A stretch of 64,000 nucleotides of DNA, taken from Candidatus Woesearchaeota archaeon (lineage in GTDB: Archaea; Nanobdellota; Nanobdellia; Woesearchaeales; UBA583). The notes under the pieces are model-generated. The model did no database searches. It saw only the letters and a program-made list of their open reading frames with translations, and was not told where the DNA came from. The translations under genes were made by a program, and so were the position numbers. Positions 43,601 through 53,500 of this stretch are shown here, in pieces; position 1 is the stretch's first letter; every line of letters begins with the position of its first letter. The stretch covers positions 256,001 through 320,000 of the forward strand of contig OZ242164.1 in NCBI GenBank assembly GCA_965205335.1, written 5' to 3'.

Positions 43601-45518
43601 AATAAACGGAGTCTGTGGAACAAGTAACAATGCTTGCACAATGGGAAATCTAAATGATACAAATGATAATTCAACTCATTATTTATGGATATGTAATGGA
43701 ATAAATGGGGGAACAGATGACACATGTAGTCAAACTATCCCACTTACTCCTGTAAACGGGGTGTGTGGGTCAACACTAAATACATGTACAAATGGAAACT
43801 TACAAGATACAAATGATAATTCTACTCACTATCTATGGGATTGTAATGGAATAAACGGAGGGAATAATGCTTCTTGTAATGAAGTTATACCTCCTATTGT
43901 AAATGGTGTATGTGGTTCAACTCTCAATACATGTAATAATGGAACAATGCAAGATACTGCTGATAATTCCACTCATTATCTGTGGAAGTGTGACGGAATA
44001 AATGGAGGAAATAATGATTCGTGTAGTCAAATGATACCTCCTACTATAAATGGGATGTGTGGAACAAATATTAATTCCTGCACATTAGGGAATCTGCAAG
44101 ACAAAGCAGATAATTCCACTCACTACTTATGGAAATGTAATGGGATAAATGGAGGGACTGATGCTTCTTGTAACAAACCAATACCTATGAATGAAGAGCC
44201 TACAAATGGAGTGTGTGGAACAAATAACAATGTTTGCACAAATGGAAATCTAAATGACACACCAAATAATTCTACTCACTACTTATGGAAATGTAATGGA
44301 ATAAATGGTGGAACTAACTCTACTTGTAACAAACCAATACCCATAAATGGAGTATGTGGAACAAACAATAACATTTGCACAAATGGAAATTTACAAGATA
44401 CAAATGATAATTCCACACATTATTTGTGGAAGTGTAATGGAATAAACGGAGGGAATAATGATTCATGTAATGAACTCATTCCACCTATTGTGAATGGTGT
44501 ATGTGGAACAAACAATAATACCTGTACAACGGGAAATCTAAATGATAAAACAGATAATTCAACTCACTATCTATGGGATTGTAACGGAATAAATGGAGGA
44601 ACTGATGCTTCTTGTAACAAACCAATACCCATAAATGGTGTATGTGATAACTTTGTAAGAAACGGTTGTACCAGTGGAACACCTAACGATGAAGTTGTCC
44701 CAGATATAGGTAATTATTATAGATGGCGTTGTGACGGTCTGAACAATGGTAATAATTCTCCTACGTGTGGCAGAACTAAAGGTGGAAGTAGTGGAGGTGG
44801 AAGTAGTGGAACTACTTTATATCCACAAGAGCCAGAAGAATTTAAAATAAAAGATGATGAATTAAGTATAAACATAATTAACGTGACCTCAAACGAAAAA
44901 GTAAGAAATGTAAAAATAAGTGCTAATAAACTTAGAAAAGAACCATCCTTAATTGAGGATCTCCCAGAAGAAAATGTATTTGAATATTTTGAAATTAATG
45001 CAAGAAACTTAAATGATGAACAAATTGATACCGCATTTATAATATTTATTTTAAGTAAAGAAGAACTCCCTGAGAATAAAGAAATAATATTGTCGGGATA
45101 TAATAAATATACTAACCAATGGAAGGACTTAGAAACCAGAATTATCAGAGAAACCTCAACTGATATAACATTTTCAGCCCAAACTGATAGCTTTTCATAT
45201 TCACCTTTTGTTATTTCAATAAGAGAAATAGAAGTTATTACCCCACCTACATCAATAACTCCTCCTATTCAGGAAGAAACTAAACCAGAACCACAAATAA
45301 TACCTCCAGAGGAAATCATAATAGAAGAAATCAAACCTGAAGATAAAGAGGAAATTAAAGTAGAAGAAAAGAAAGAAACTTATGAAGAAGATGAAGAAAA
45401 TGCTACAACACCTCAAGTTAAAACTTTATCTCTTGTCGATATTTTTATTGCTGTAATATTAGGGCTTGTCCTTGGAACTATAGTCTTTATCATTAGGGAA
45501 AATAAGGAAAAAAACTAA
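40638..45518 (+). CDS. Giant surface protein: 14 LVIVD-type blades, 14 four-Cys repeats, PGF-pre-PGF-like domain, Pro/Glu stalk, TM
   Basis: GGAGG upstream of ATG 40638; 14 LAYV...GVQILNVSNP repeats; 13 NGVCG...C..G....DNSTHYLW.C.G.NGG...C repeats plus one divergent copy. Confidence 0.88.
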   Translation: MKLYVLFSLLFVISFMSSSFVYATNVEIIPLGNIEDNLELDAAADIFIKDGLAYVTGNIDDGVQILNVSNPNKIIPLGHIKDSNILELNGAAGIFVEDGLAYVAGNDDNGVQILNVSNPNNIIPLGYIRANSNLALYGAADIYVEDGLAYVTGNDDNGVQILNVSNPNNIVPLGNIKDSNILELHGAADIYVEDGLAYVTGNTDNGVQILNVSNPNNIVPLEYIRDNSSLELNGSAGIYVENGLAYITGANDNGVQILNVSNPNNIVPLGNIKDSNSLELNGSAGIYIESGLAYVTGYNDDGVQILNISNPNNIVPLGNIKDNNSLELNGAADIYVENGLAYVTGNIDDGVQILDVSDPNNIVPLDNFDDYSLSLDTPRNILVEDELAYVTSYYGFGIQILNVSNPNNIIPLDNINDNIHNDVLLRGAVSIHVEDGLAYVSSNLDKAVQILNVSNPNNIIPLDNIKDDDNLRLDFSHGMDVKDGLAYVTNYIGAGGIQILNVSNPNNITPLGSIGDNGSLELSGAYDIWVEDELAYVASIYDNGVQILNVSNPNNITPLDNIKDSNDLELNGVRSIYVKDKLAYVASTFYNGIHIFNVSNPNNITHLDSIKDDVKLSSPWDIYVEDNLAYVTVYDDGDFMDNGVVILDVSDPNNITYLTRITDNENLKLKGAYGIYVKDGLAYVTGNLDDGVQILKISISGVCGANNNVCTMGNMQDTVDNSTHYLWNCNGINGGDNVMCSKPTHVNGVCGTNNNICTTGILEDTVDNSTHYLWNCNGISGGTDDSCSLGIPPIVNGVCEVNNNACTTGNPNDKTDNSTHYLWDCNGINGGTNASCNKLIPINGVCGGNNNSCTMGNLNDTPDNSTHYLWDCNGLNEGNNASCNEVIPPIINGVCGGNNNSCTMGNLNDTNDNSTHYLWDCNGINGGTDDTCSLVIPPIINGVCGTSNNACTTGNLNDTNDNSTHYLWDCNGINGGTDDTCSLVIPPIINGVCGTSNNACTMGNLNDTNDNSTHYLWICNGINGGTDDTCSQTIPLTPVNGVCGSTLNTCTNGNLQDTNDNSTHYLWDCNGINGGNNASCNEVIPPIVNGVCGSTLNTCNNGTMQDTADNSTHYLWKCDGINGGNNDSCSQMIPPTINGMCGTNINSCTLGNLQDKADNSTHYLWKCNGINGGTDASCNKPIPMNEEPTNGVCGTNNNVCTNGNLNDTPNNSTHYLWKCNGINGGTNSTCNKPIPINGVCGTNNNICTNGNLQDTNDNSTHYLWKCNGINGGNNDSCNELIPPIVNGVCGTNNNTCTTGNLNDKTDNSTHYLWDCNGINGGTDASCNKPIPINGVCDNFVRNGCTSGTPNDEVVPDIGNYYRWRCDGLNNGNNSPTCGRTKGGSSGGGSSGTTLYPQEPEEFKIKDDELSINIINVTSNEKVRNVKISANKLRKEPSLIEDLPEENVFEYFEINARNLNDEQIDTAFIIFILSKEELPENKEIILSGYNKYTNQWKDLETRIIRETSTDITFSAQTDSFSYSPFVISIREIEVITPPTSITPPIQEETKPEPQIIPPEEIIIEEIKPEDKEEIKVEEKKETYEEDEENATTPQVKTLSLVDIFIAVILGLVLGTIVFIIRENKEKN

Positions 45519-45912
45519 AAGAATTTGAAATAATCATTAAAAAAATTGTTCTTAGTTCTTGCAATCAGTTCTTTAAAAGTAACCATTGAATTTCCTACAA
45601 AATAATTAATCATTATAAAAACCGATAGAGAATTTCTTTGATTACAACTAAAACTCCAAAGAATTTTAACTTTATACTACTATTTAATTTGTATAAAATA
45701 TTTAAAATAGAATTTCCAGATAACACTTATGAATTCTTTTTTTATTGAACTTGGAATTGTTATGGTTCTAACCTTCGTTGTTTCCTACATAATGAACAGA
45801 ATCAAACAACCTCTGCTTGTTGGATACATCCTGACAGGAATCTTAGCAGGTCCATTGTTCTTTGACATCCTCGGTTCAACAGAAGGATATGAAACATTTT
45901 CCCATATAGGTG
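44782..45912 (+). repeat. Direct repeat copy 1 (~1.1 kb): surface-gene 3' end, intergenic region and antiporter 5' end
   Basis: Aligns by eye with 54091-55212 (offset 9309 to 9300) with scattered mismatches; identity ends at CATATAGGTG. Confidence 0.92.
45729..45912 (+). pseudogene. 5' fragment duplicate of the CPA2 antiporter gene
   Basis: First 61 codons nearly identical to the gene at 55029, then an abrupt switch to unrelated sequence. Confidence 0.9.
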
Positions 45913-45982
45913 ATAATCCATCATCTCTTAGAATGTCGCAGTAATTCCATAGTTTCTGGACTAATTGTTTTGAGTCTGTCAT
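45911..45982 (-). pseudogene. hsdM: 5' remnant (24 codons) of type I restriction-modification methyltransferase HsdM
   Basis: MTDSKQLVQKLWNYCDILRDDGLS matches the conserved HsdM N-terminus (LV.KLWN.C..LRDDG.SY..Y); truncated at the junction; ATGA overlap with rhuM. Confidence 0.8.
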
Positions 45983-46974
45983 TTTTTATTCTTGTTTAAA
46001 ACCTTCTTAGTCAATTTATCAAAGTCACTTTCATAATTCTTTAATCTTTCTTTATTGAATATTTCATATTCTTTTTGCGCCTTTTCGTCTGCTAATCTTT
46101 TTGAGATTTTTCCTTTATGGTTTAAAATTTCTTTTTCGTTTAATCTTAGAAAATCATCTAATTTTAAAATCCATCTTTCCTGTGTCATCTCTTTTTGATT
46201 CTTTGCCTGAAGCTCGGCAAAAGAGAGATATTGTTCTACAATTAAATTTAATTCTTCTAATTCGTTTTTTATCAAATAGTTTTTAGCAACAAAGACATCT
46301 CGTTTTTTGATTTCGTTTCTTTTGATTGTTGTAATTCCCAAATTTTTCTTTTTTGAACTTACTCTATTGTAGATTGTTTCTTGTGCTGTCATTCCATGAA
46401 CACCATAATGCATTTTATTTTGAACAATAGCAAAGAAATCTTTTGTCTGTTTGGAGTTTTTATCGTAATCAATTGAGGTTGAGTAAATGTCGGTTATTTT
46501 CTGATAGAAGTTTCTCTCACTTGTTCTTATGTTTCTTATTCGCTCAATTAGTTCGTCAAAGTAGTTTTTGTCTAAGTCTCTGCCCTGTTTTAATCGTTTG
46601 TCGTCTAAGACAAAACCTTTTATAATGAATTCTTTTAAGTGTTTTGTTGCCCAAATTCTAAATGCAGTTGCTTTTTTTGAGTTTACTCTGTAACCTACTG
46701 AAATAATTGCGTCAAGATTGTAGTATTTGACCTGATAGGTTTTGCCATCATTGGCAGTTATCCGATAATGTTGGATAACTGAATTCTCTTTTAGTTCTCC
46801 ACTTTCAAAGATATTTTTCAAATGATGATTGATAGTTCTAATATCTACTTCAAAGAGTTGTGCCATTAATCTTTGGGAAAGCCAGATATTTTCATCTTTA
46901 AAGAAAACTTCAACTCTAATTTCTTCATTATCTTTATTAAATAAAACAAAATTTTTCTTAATTAAATCATTCAT
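45979..46974 (-). CDS. rhuM: RhuM-family (virulence RhuM / DNA-binding) protein
   Basis: WLSQ..MAQLF, YNLDAIISVGYRVNS..AT.FR.WAT, IR.IRTSE..FYQK and AKNYL motifs. Confidence 0.92.
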   Translation of the reverse strand: MNDLIKKNFVLFNKDNEEIRVEVFFKDENIWLSQRLMAQLFEVDIRTINHHLKNIFESGELKENSVIQHYRITANDGKTYQVKYYNLDAIISVGYRVNSKKATAFRIWATKHLKEFIIKGFVLDDKRLKQGRDLDKNYFDELIERIRNIRTSERNFYQKITDIYSTSIDYDKNSKQTKDFFAIVQNKMHYGVHGMTAQETIYNRVSSKKKNLGITTIKRNEIKKRDVFVAKNYLIKNELEELNLIVEQYLSFAELQAKNQKEMTQERWILKLDDFLRLNEKEILNHKGKISKRLADEKAQKEYEIFNKERLKNYESDFDKLTKKVLNKNKK

Positions 46975-47230
46975 TTTCTAAAAACCTCTCTTTATATTAA
47001 ATCATCCCACCTAATTTATAAACTTATTTTACTCTATTGTTTTGTACTTAAATTTTCAGGTTAAATAAATTACCCACACTATTTATTGCTTCCTTGTTTA
47101 ATTCATGTAAACCCTCTAAACTCTCAACTATTTCTTTTTCTTTCTTTTTGTCCATCTTAGTCATTTTAATAATAATTAAATGTGTATGTTTATAAATAAA
47201 GATATTTTGTCTATTATATAATATAAAAAT

Positions 47231-47362
47231 ATGGATTCGGAACTAAAAACTTCTCCGCAAAAGAAAATATTGAAGACAACCTTAGTGTTATTTCTATTCA
47301 TTGCTATGGTTGGATTGACAAACTCCTTGGCATCTTGGGGGGGGGGGGGGTCTCCTTCCTGA
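47231..47362 (+). CDS. Orphan signal-peptide ORF (43 aa) of the surface-protein family, containing a G14 tract
   Basis: MDSELKTSPQKKILKTTLVLFLFIAMVGLTNSLASWGGGGSPS* resembles the signal peptide of the 24118 protein (KTSIQQKVLKTTLTSLLIIALIGLTSSLAWG). Confidence 0.7.
   Translation: MDSELKTSPQKKILKTTLVLFLFIAMVGLTNSLASWGGGGSPS
47337..47350 (+). repeat. G14 homopolymer
   Basis: 14 consecutive G; the longest G run noticed on this G-poor strand. Confidence 0.9.
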
Positions 47363-47498
47363 TTGGAATTATTATCTGAGTTTTTCCTGCTTTTTTATTC
47401 TGTTCTCTGCTTTGGCCGGAGTCGTGGTTCATTCTCGGTTAGTTAGAGATTTTTCGCGTGCTTTTGGTTCGGTTCGCATTCTTTGCTCCAGACCTCTG

Positions 47499-47506
47499 GG
47501 AGGTGA
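47499..47506 (+). promoter_or_regulatory. Strong Shine-Dalgarno (GGAGGTGA) for the 47514 gene
   Basis: GGAGGTGA ends 7 nt before ATG 47514. Confidence 0.7.
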
Positions 47507-47513
47507 GTCCTGA

Positions 47514-50500
47514 ATGATGGAGGTGCCAAAAAGAGGTGTGAGGCGCAGAGCGTTCTCAGTTTTTTGTCTGATTTTTTTATTTGCCTTTATGGGCGTTGTT
47601 CTTGCTGATAATGTCAGTGCTGTTAAGTTGGTGGGTAATCTGGATTCTGAGAGTTCCGGAGATTTAACAATAGGTGAGTATCAAACATCGACCGGAGTTG
47701 GTGCGCAGGCGTTTACCACAGGTAATAATCCTGAGGGTTACGTTATTACTGGCGTTGAGATAAATGTAAGCGTAGCGTCCAGCAACCGTACTGCTTTGGT
47801 GAGCATTCAGAGTAGTAATAATAGTAAGTTGTATGATCTTACCGGTAGCGTTACTTCAGCCGGAGTTCAGTCTTTCACTGCTCCTGAGAATGCCACACTT
47901 AATGCGAGCACGACTTATTTTCTGCACATTGCTCCCGGAACAGGAACCCTTAATTTTAAGGTTGGCGTTACTGACTCAGATAGTGAGGATTCTGATTCTG
48001 CTTCCGGGTGGTCTGTAGAAAATGTATCTTTGCATTCTACTAATAATGGGAGCAGTTTCACTATTAATGATGACTCGCTTCAGCTTGCAGTTTATGGTGA
48101 TGCTGTTAGTATTAATCCTGAAATTCCGACAAACAGTTTTGATTTAACTGGTCTTAATTCTTCCGTTAGGGGTTTGTGGTCTGATGGTGAGACTATGTGG
48201 GTGCTTGATACAAGAAATGACAAGGCAGTTGCCTATGAGTTTAGTGGTAGTTCGTTGGTTCGTGATTCAAGCAAGGATTTTACTACAGAGACTAGTCCTG
48301 ATGGTTCTGGTGTGGATGCTGCTAATGAGATAGTTTATATTATGGAAGTAGACCCTATTTCACCTACTGCTTATGCATATAGTTTGTCAGGCACACGACA
48401 AACTAATAAGGATATTAGCGGCTTTAACCATTCAGAGTCCGGTTTTTCCACAGGGCTTTGGTTTAATGGTAATACTTTATTGTTTTCTGGAACTGGTAGG
48501 TTCGGTAATATGGCTACTTATCATTCGGACTCAGGCCTTAATATAAGTAACTTGGGCAGTGACTTAAGTGAGGGCATTAATACTTCTTGCTCAACTTGGG
48601 GAGTGTGGTCTGATGGAACAACTATGTGGACATCCTGTGTTAAATCACATGGAATCAGGGCGTTTAAGTTGTCGGATGGTAGTCGGGATTCGGATAGAGA
48701 TATTCCTTATGCTCAGGAGCATAGTGCTCCTAGAGGTTTATGGTCTGATGGAGAGACTATGTGGGTGTTACAGGATGAATCAGGAGGCACTACAGATAAG
48801 GTGTTTTCTTATAAGTATCGCAATAATGCTGAAGGTCTGAGAATTCATGGTTCTCCTATAACTGGTCACACCCTGAGTGCTGACACTTCATCTATAACAG
48901 ACCCTAACGGTCTGCCGGATTCTCCTGACTTTTCCTATCAGTGGCAGTATGATGATGGAACTGACATTGAAGGTGCTACAGACAAAACTTATCAAATAAG
49001 AACATCAGATGTAGGAAAAAAACTAAGAGTAAGAGTAAGTTTCACTGACAATGCACGTTATAAAGATGAAATCTTCAGTGAACCAACAGAAAAAGTTACT
49101 AAAAGCAAATTATCATCAAACAGTTATGATTTAACTGGTCTTAATTCTTCCGTTAGGGGTTTGTGGTCTGATGGTGAGACTATGTGGGTGCTTGATACAA
49201 GAAATGACAAGGCGGTTGCCTATGAGTTTAGTGGTAGTTCGTTGGTTCGTGATTCAAGCAAGGATTTTACTACAGAGACTAGTCCTGATGGTTCTGGTGT
49301 GGATGCTGCTAATGAGATAGTTTATATTATGGAAGTAGACCCTATTTCACCTACTGCTTATGCATATAGTTTGTCAGGCACACGACAAACTAATAAGGAT
49401 ATTAGCGGCTTTAACCATTCAGAGTCCGGTTTTTCCACAGGGCTTTGGTTTAATGGTAATACTTTATTGTTTTCTGGAACTGGTAGGTTCGGTAATATGG
49501 CTACTTATCATTCGGACTCAGGCCTTAATATAAGTAACTTGGGCAGTGACTTAAGTGAGGGCATTAATACTTCTTGCTCAACTTGGGGAGTGTGGTCTGA
49601 TGGAACAACTATGTGGACATCCTGTGTTAAATCACATGGAATCAGGGCGTTTAAGTTGTCGGATGGTAGTCGGGATTCGGATAGAGATATTCCTTATGCT
49701 CAGGAGCATAGTGCTCCTAGAGGTTTATGGTCTGATGGAGAGACTATGTGGGTGTTACAGGATGAATCAGGAGGCACTACAGATAAGGTGTTTTCTTATA
49801 AGTATCGCAATAATGCTGAAGGTCTGAGAATTCATGGTTCTCCTATAACTGGTCACACCCTGAGTGCTGATATTGCATCTATAACTGAACCTGACGGTCT
49901 GCCGGATTCTCCTGAGTTTTCTTATCAGTGGCAGTATGCTGACGGGACTGATATTGCTGGTGCTATCAGCAAAACTTATTACTTGAAAGTAGCAGATGCA
50001 GGTAAAAAGGTACGGGTAAGAGTGAGTTTCACTGACAATGCACGTTACGAAGAGGAAATCTTCAGTGAACCAACAGGAACAATTCAAACTAATGAACTAG
50101 CTGTTTTCGGTCAGAGCGAATATATTTTCTATCTTGATGAAAATAGAAATGGAAGTGGAGTAAATGCTATCACTCTGGGAAGAATAACTGTAACTGATAA
50201 AAATAAACCTAGTGGTGTAGGACTATTCTTTACTGAATCCAGTTCCATCAACTCTAATGATGGGAAATTCCGTATAACAGGAGAAACGACAGACACATTC
50301 AGATTTCAATATAGAGGAACAGGAGAAGAATACAATGAAACAAAAAACAAATATGTGTATACAATTACGACATTCAACAATAACAATTTTACTAATTCTA
50401 CATCTGTAAATGTTACTATTTATATTAATGATCCAAATGAAGCACCTGTTTTCGAACATCTCAGATATTTCTTCTACCTTGATAAAAATAAAAGTGGTAA

Positions 50501-53500
50501 GCCAACACCTGTCGAGCTGGGAACAATAACTGTAACTGATAACAAGGACCCTGATGGTGTAACATTATTCTTTCCTGAAACCAATTCCCCCAGTTCTAAT
50601 GATGGGAAATTCCGTATAATAGGTGAAACGACAGATACATTCAGATTTCAATATAGAGGAACAGGAGAAGAATATAATGAAACAAAAGACAGATATGTGT
50701 ATACAATTGCGGCACTTGACAATAACAATAATATTGCATATATGAATGTTACTGTCCTTATTAGAAACTCAACTGAACCACCTGTTTTCGATCAGAGAGA
50801 ATATGTTTTCTACCTTGATGTAAATATAAGTGGACCTGTCGAGATGGGAACAATAACTTTAACTGATAATGATGATTCTAATGGCATAACACTCTTCTTT
50901 ACTGAAATCAATTCCGTCAATTCTAATGATGGGAAGTTCCGTATATCAGGGGGAGCGAGAGATACATTCAGATTTCAGTATAAAGGAACTGGAGAAACTG
51001 ATGAAACAAACAAATATGTATATACAATTGAGGCAATTGACGATAGAGATAACTCTGCATATGCAAATGTTACTATCTATATTATAAACCCTAATGCACC
51101 TGTTTTCAGTCAGAAAGAATATGTCTTCTATCTTGATGAAAATCAAATAGGAAATGATACACCTATAGACCTGGGAACAATAAGTGCAACTGATAACGAT
51201 GACCCTGATGGTTTTGCATTCTCCTTCGCTAATGACTCTAATGACACTTTTACCCCATATTCTAAAGATAATAAGTTTCGTATTAAAGCTAATACTACCA
51301 CTTCTTCTACATTTAGATATGTGGGAGACGGAGAAGAATACAATGAAACTGATGAAACAAAAAACAAATATGTATATACTATTATTACGTCTGATAATAA
51401 CTTGAATTATGCATATGCAACTGTTATTGTCTATATTAGAGATGTAGATGAAGGTGGAAATGTAACATCCGTTTTCGATCAAAGCGAATTGGTCTTCTAC
51501 CTTGATGAAAATAGAAATGGAAGTGGTGATAATCCTATCACTCTGGGAACAATAACTCTAAATACTAATGATGATGCAGGAATAGCTTTCACTGACTCTG
51601 AAATGAATAAGAACGCATATTCTCCTGATAATAAGTTCTCTATTCAATATACCAGTGGTAATTCTTTTGAATTTAGATACATAGGAACAGGAGAAGAATA
51701 CAATGAAACAAAAAACAAATATGTATATTCAATCTATGCAGCTTACGGCATGAGTAATGAAATTACAAATGTTATTGTCTATATTAACGACCCAAATGAA
51801 CCTATAAGAGAAACAAATGAAGCACCTGTTTTCTCCAGTAGTTCAACCTTCTCAGTAAATGAAAACAACATAAGCGTGGGAACTATCACAGCTACCGACT
51901 CTGATACAGAAGACATTGTTACAGGTTATAGTATTTCTGGAGGGGCAGATAGCACAAATTTCTCAATCACAAATGGTGGTGTTTTGACTTTTGTTTCTGC
52001 ACCGGATTTTGAAAACCCTGATGATGCTAACAGTAATAATGATTATGAAGTACAAGTTACTGCTACAAGTGGTGTGGAAAGTAGAGTGATGACCGCAACG
52101 CAGGACATTACAGTTACAATAACTAACGCAAATGAACATCCTGAATTCACCAGCAGTTCAACTTTTATAGTAAATGAACACAAAAAGCGTGTTGGCACTG
52201 TTATGGCTTCTGATGAGGATGTTGAGGACAGCATTACTGGCTACAGCATTTCAGGAGGTGAAGACGCAGGTTCATTCCGTATTAATAATAATGGCGTGTT
52301 ACATTTTATTCCCACTCCTAATTTTGAGAGTCCTTCCGATGTTGGAGGTGACAACGAGTACAAGGTTTCAGTTCAGGTTACCAGTGGTACTGGCAGTCGC
52401 CACCTAACTGCAAACAAAGAGTTTACAGTTAGTGTTAATGATTTGAATGAACCTCCTTCTGCTCCTGCAAAACCCACATTAAATTCCCTTACTAGCACAA
52501 GTCTTTTAGTAAACTGGGTTGCACCAAGTAATAAAGGTCCTGCAATTACTGACTACAATGTACAGTACCGTGTGGGTTCAAGCGGTTCTTGGAGTAATTG
52601 GACTCATAATGAAGCATCTACAACCACTACAATTACAAATTTAAGTACTAATACTACTTATCAGGTGCGGGTTCGTGCTCATAATGCAGAGGGAACTAGT
52701 GGCTGGTCCTCAGTTACCGAAGGTATTACTGGAACTCAATTGACGCCAATGATTTCGAACGTTGAAGCATCTGATATTACAGATGATGGTGCTAATATTA
52801 CAGTGACTATAAGCAATCCTGATGGAAATGCCAGAAACATTCATTACCGTGTTTGGGCTCTTGCTGTTGCTCGTATTGTTGATAGTGGTGTAGTGAGTAC
52901 ATCTACAAGTAGTGCGACGTTTAGGCTGACTGGTCTGAATGAAGGGTTTCTCCATAGAGTAGATGTGTCCTTTAACGAGAGTTATCCTATAGGAGAGACT
53001 CAGAATGTGCGATTCACGCCTGAGGAGCCTAATGATCCTCCTATCCTCACTAAAAGTCTAATAGAGTTTAATCTTAGTGAGACTGCAGACGGAAGCAGTA
53101 CACCCTTTCATATTGGAAGAGTTGAAGCAACTGACCCTGACGGTGACCCTTTAAACTACACCCTCGTAAGAACTCATACTGATGATATAGATAAATTCAC
53201 TATCAATCCAACATCCGGTGATGTTTATTATACAGGAAGTGGAGAAGATTACGAAACAAAAATACAGTACTTCTTATTAGGTAATTTATATGATGGAGTT
53301 AATCAAGCTGTAATCTTCAGTTTTTATGTTTATGTTAGAATCACTAACAACACAGAAGAAACAAATAACCTTCCTGCATTTACAAGCAGTTCAACCTTCT
53401 CAGTAAATGAAAACAACATAAACGTAGGAACAGTAATAGCCTCTGACTCTGATACAGAAGACAATGTTACAGGTTATAGTATTTCTGGAGGGACTGACAA

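Noticed and set aside
45785-45982. 65-aa minus-strand ORF as a real gene
   Set aside because: It is a chimera of 24 hsdM codons and antisense antiporter sequence
47048-47164. 38-aa minus-strand ORF upstream of rhuM (MTKMDKKKEKEIVESLEGLHELNKEAINSVGNLFNLKI)
   Set aside because: It has a TATA-like box at plausible spacing but is too short and unrecognisable to call; possibly a remnant
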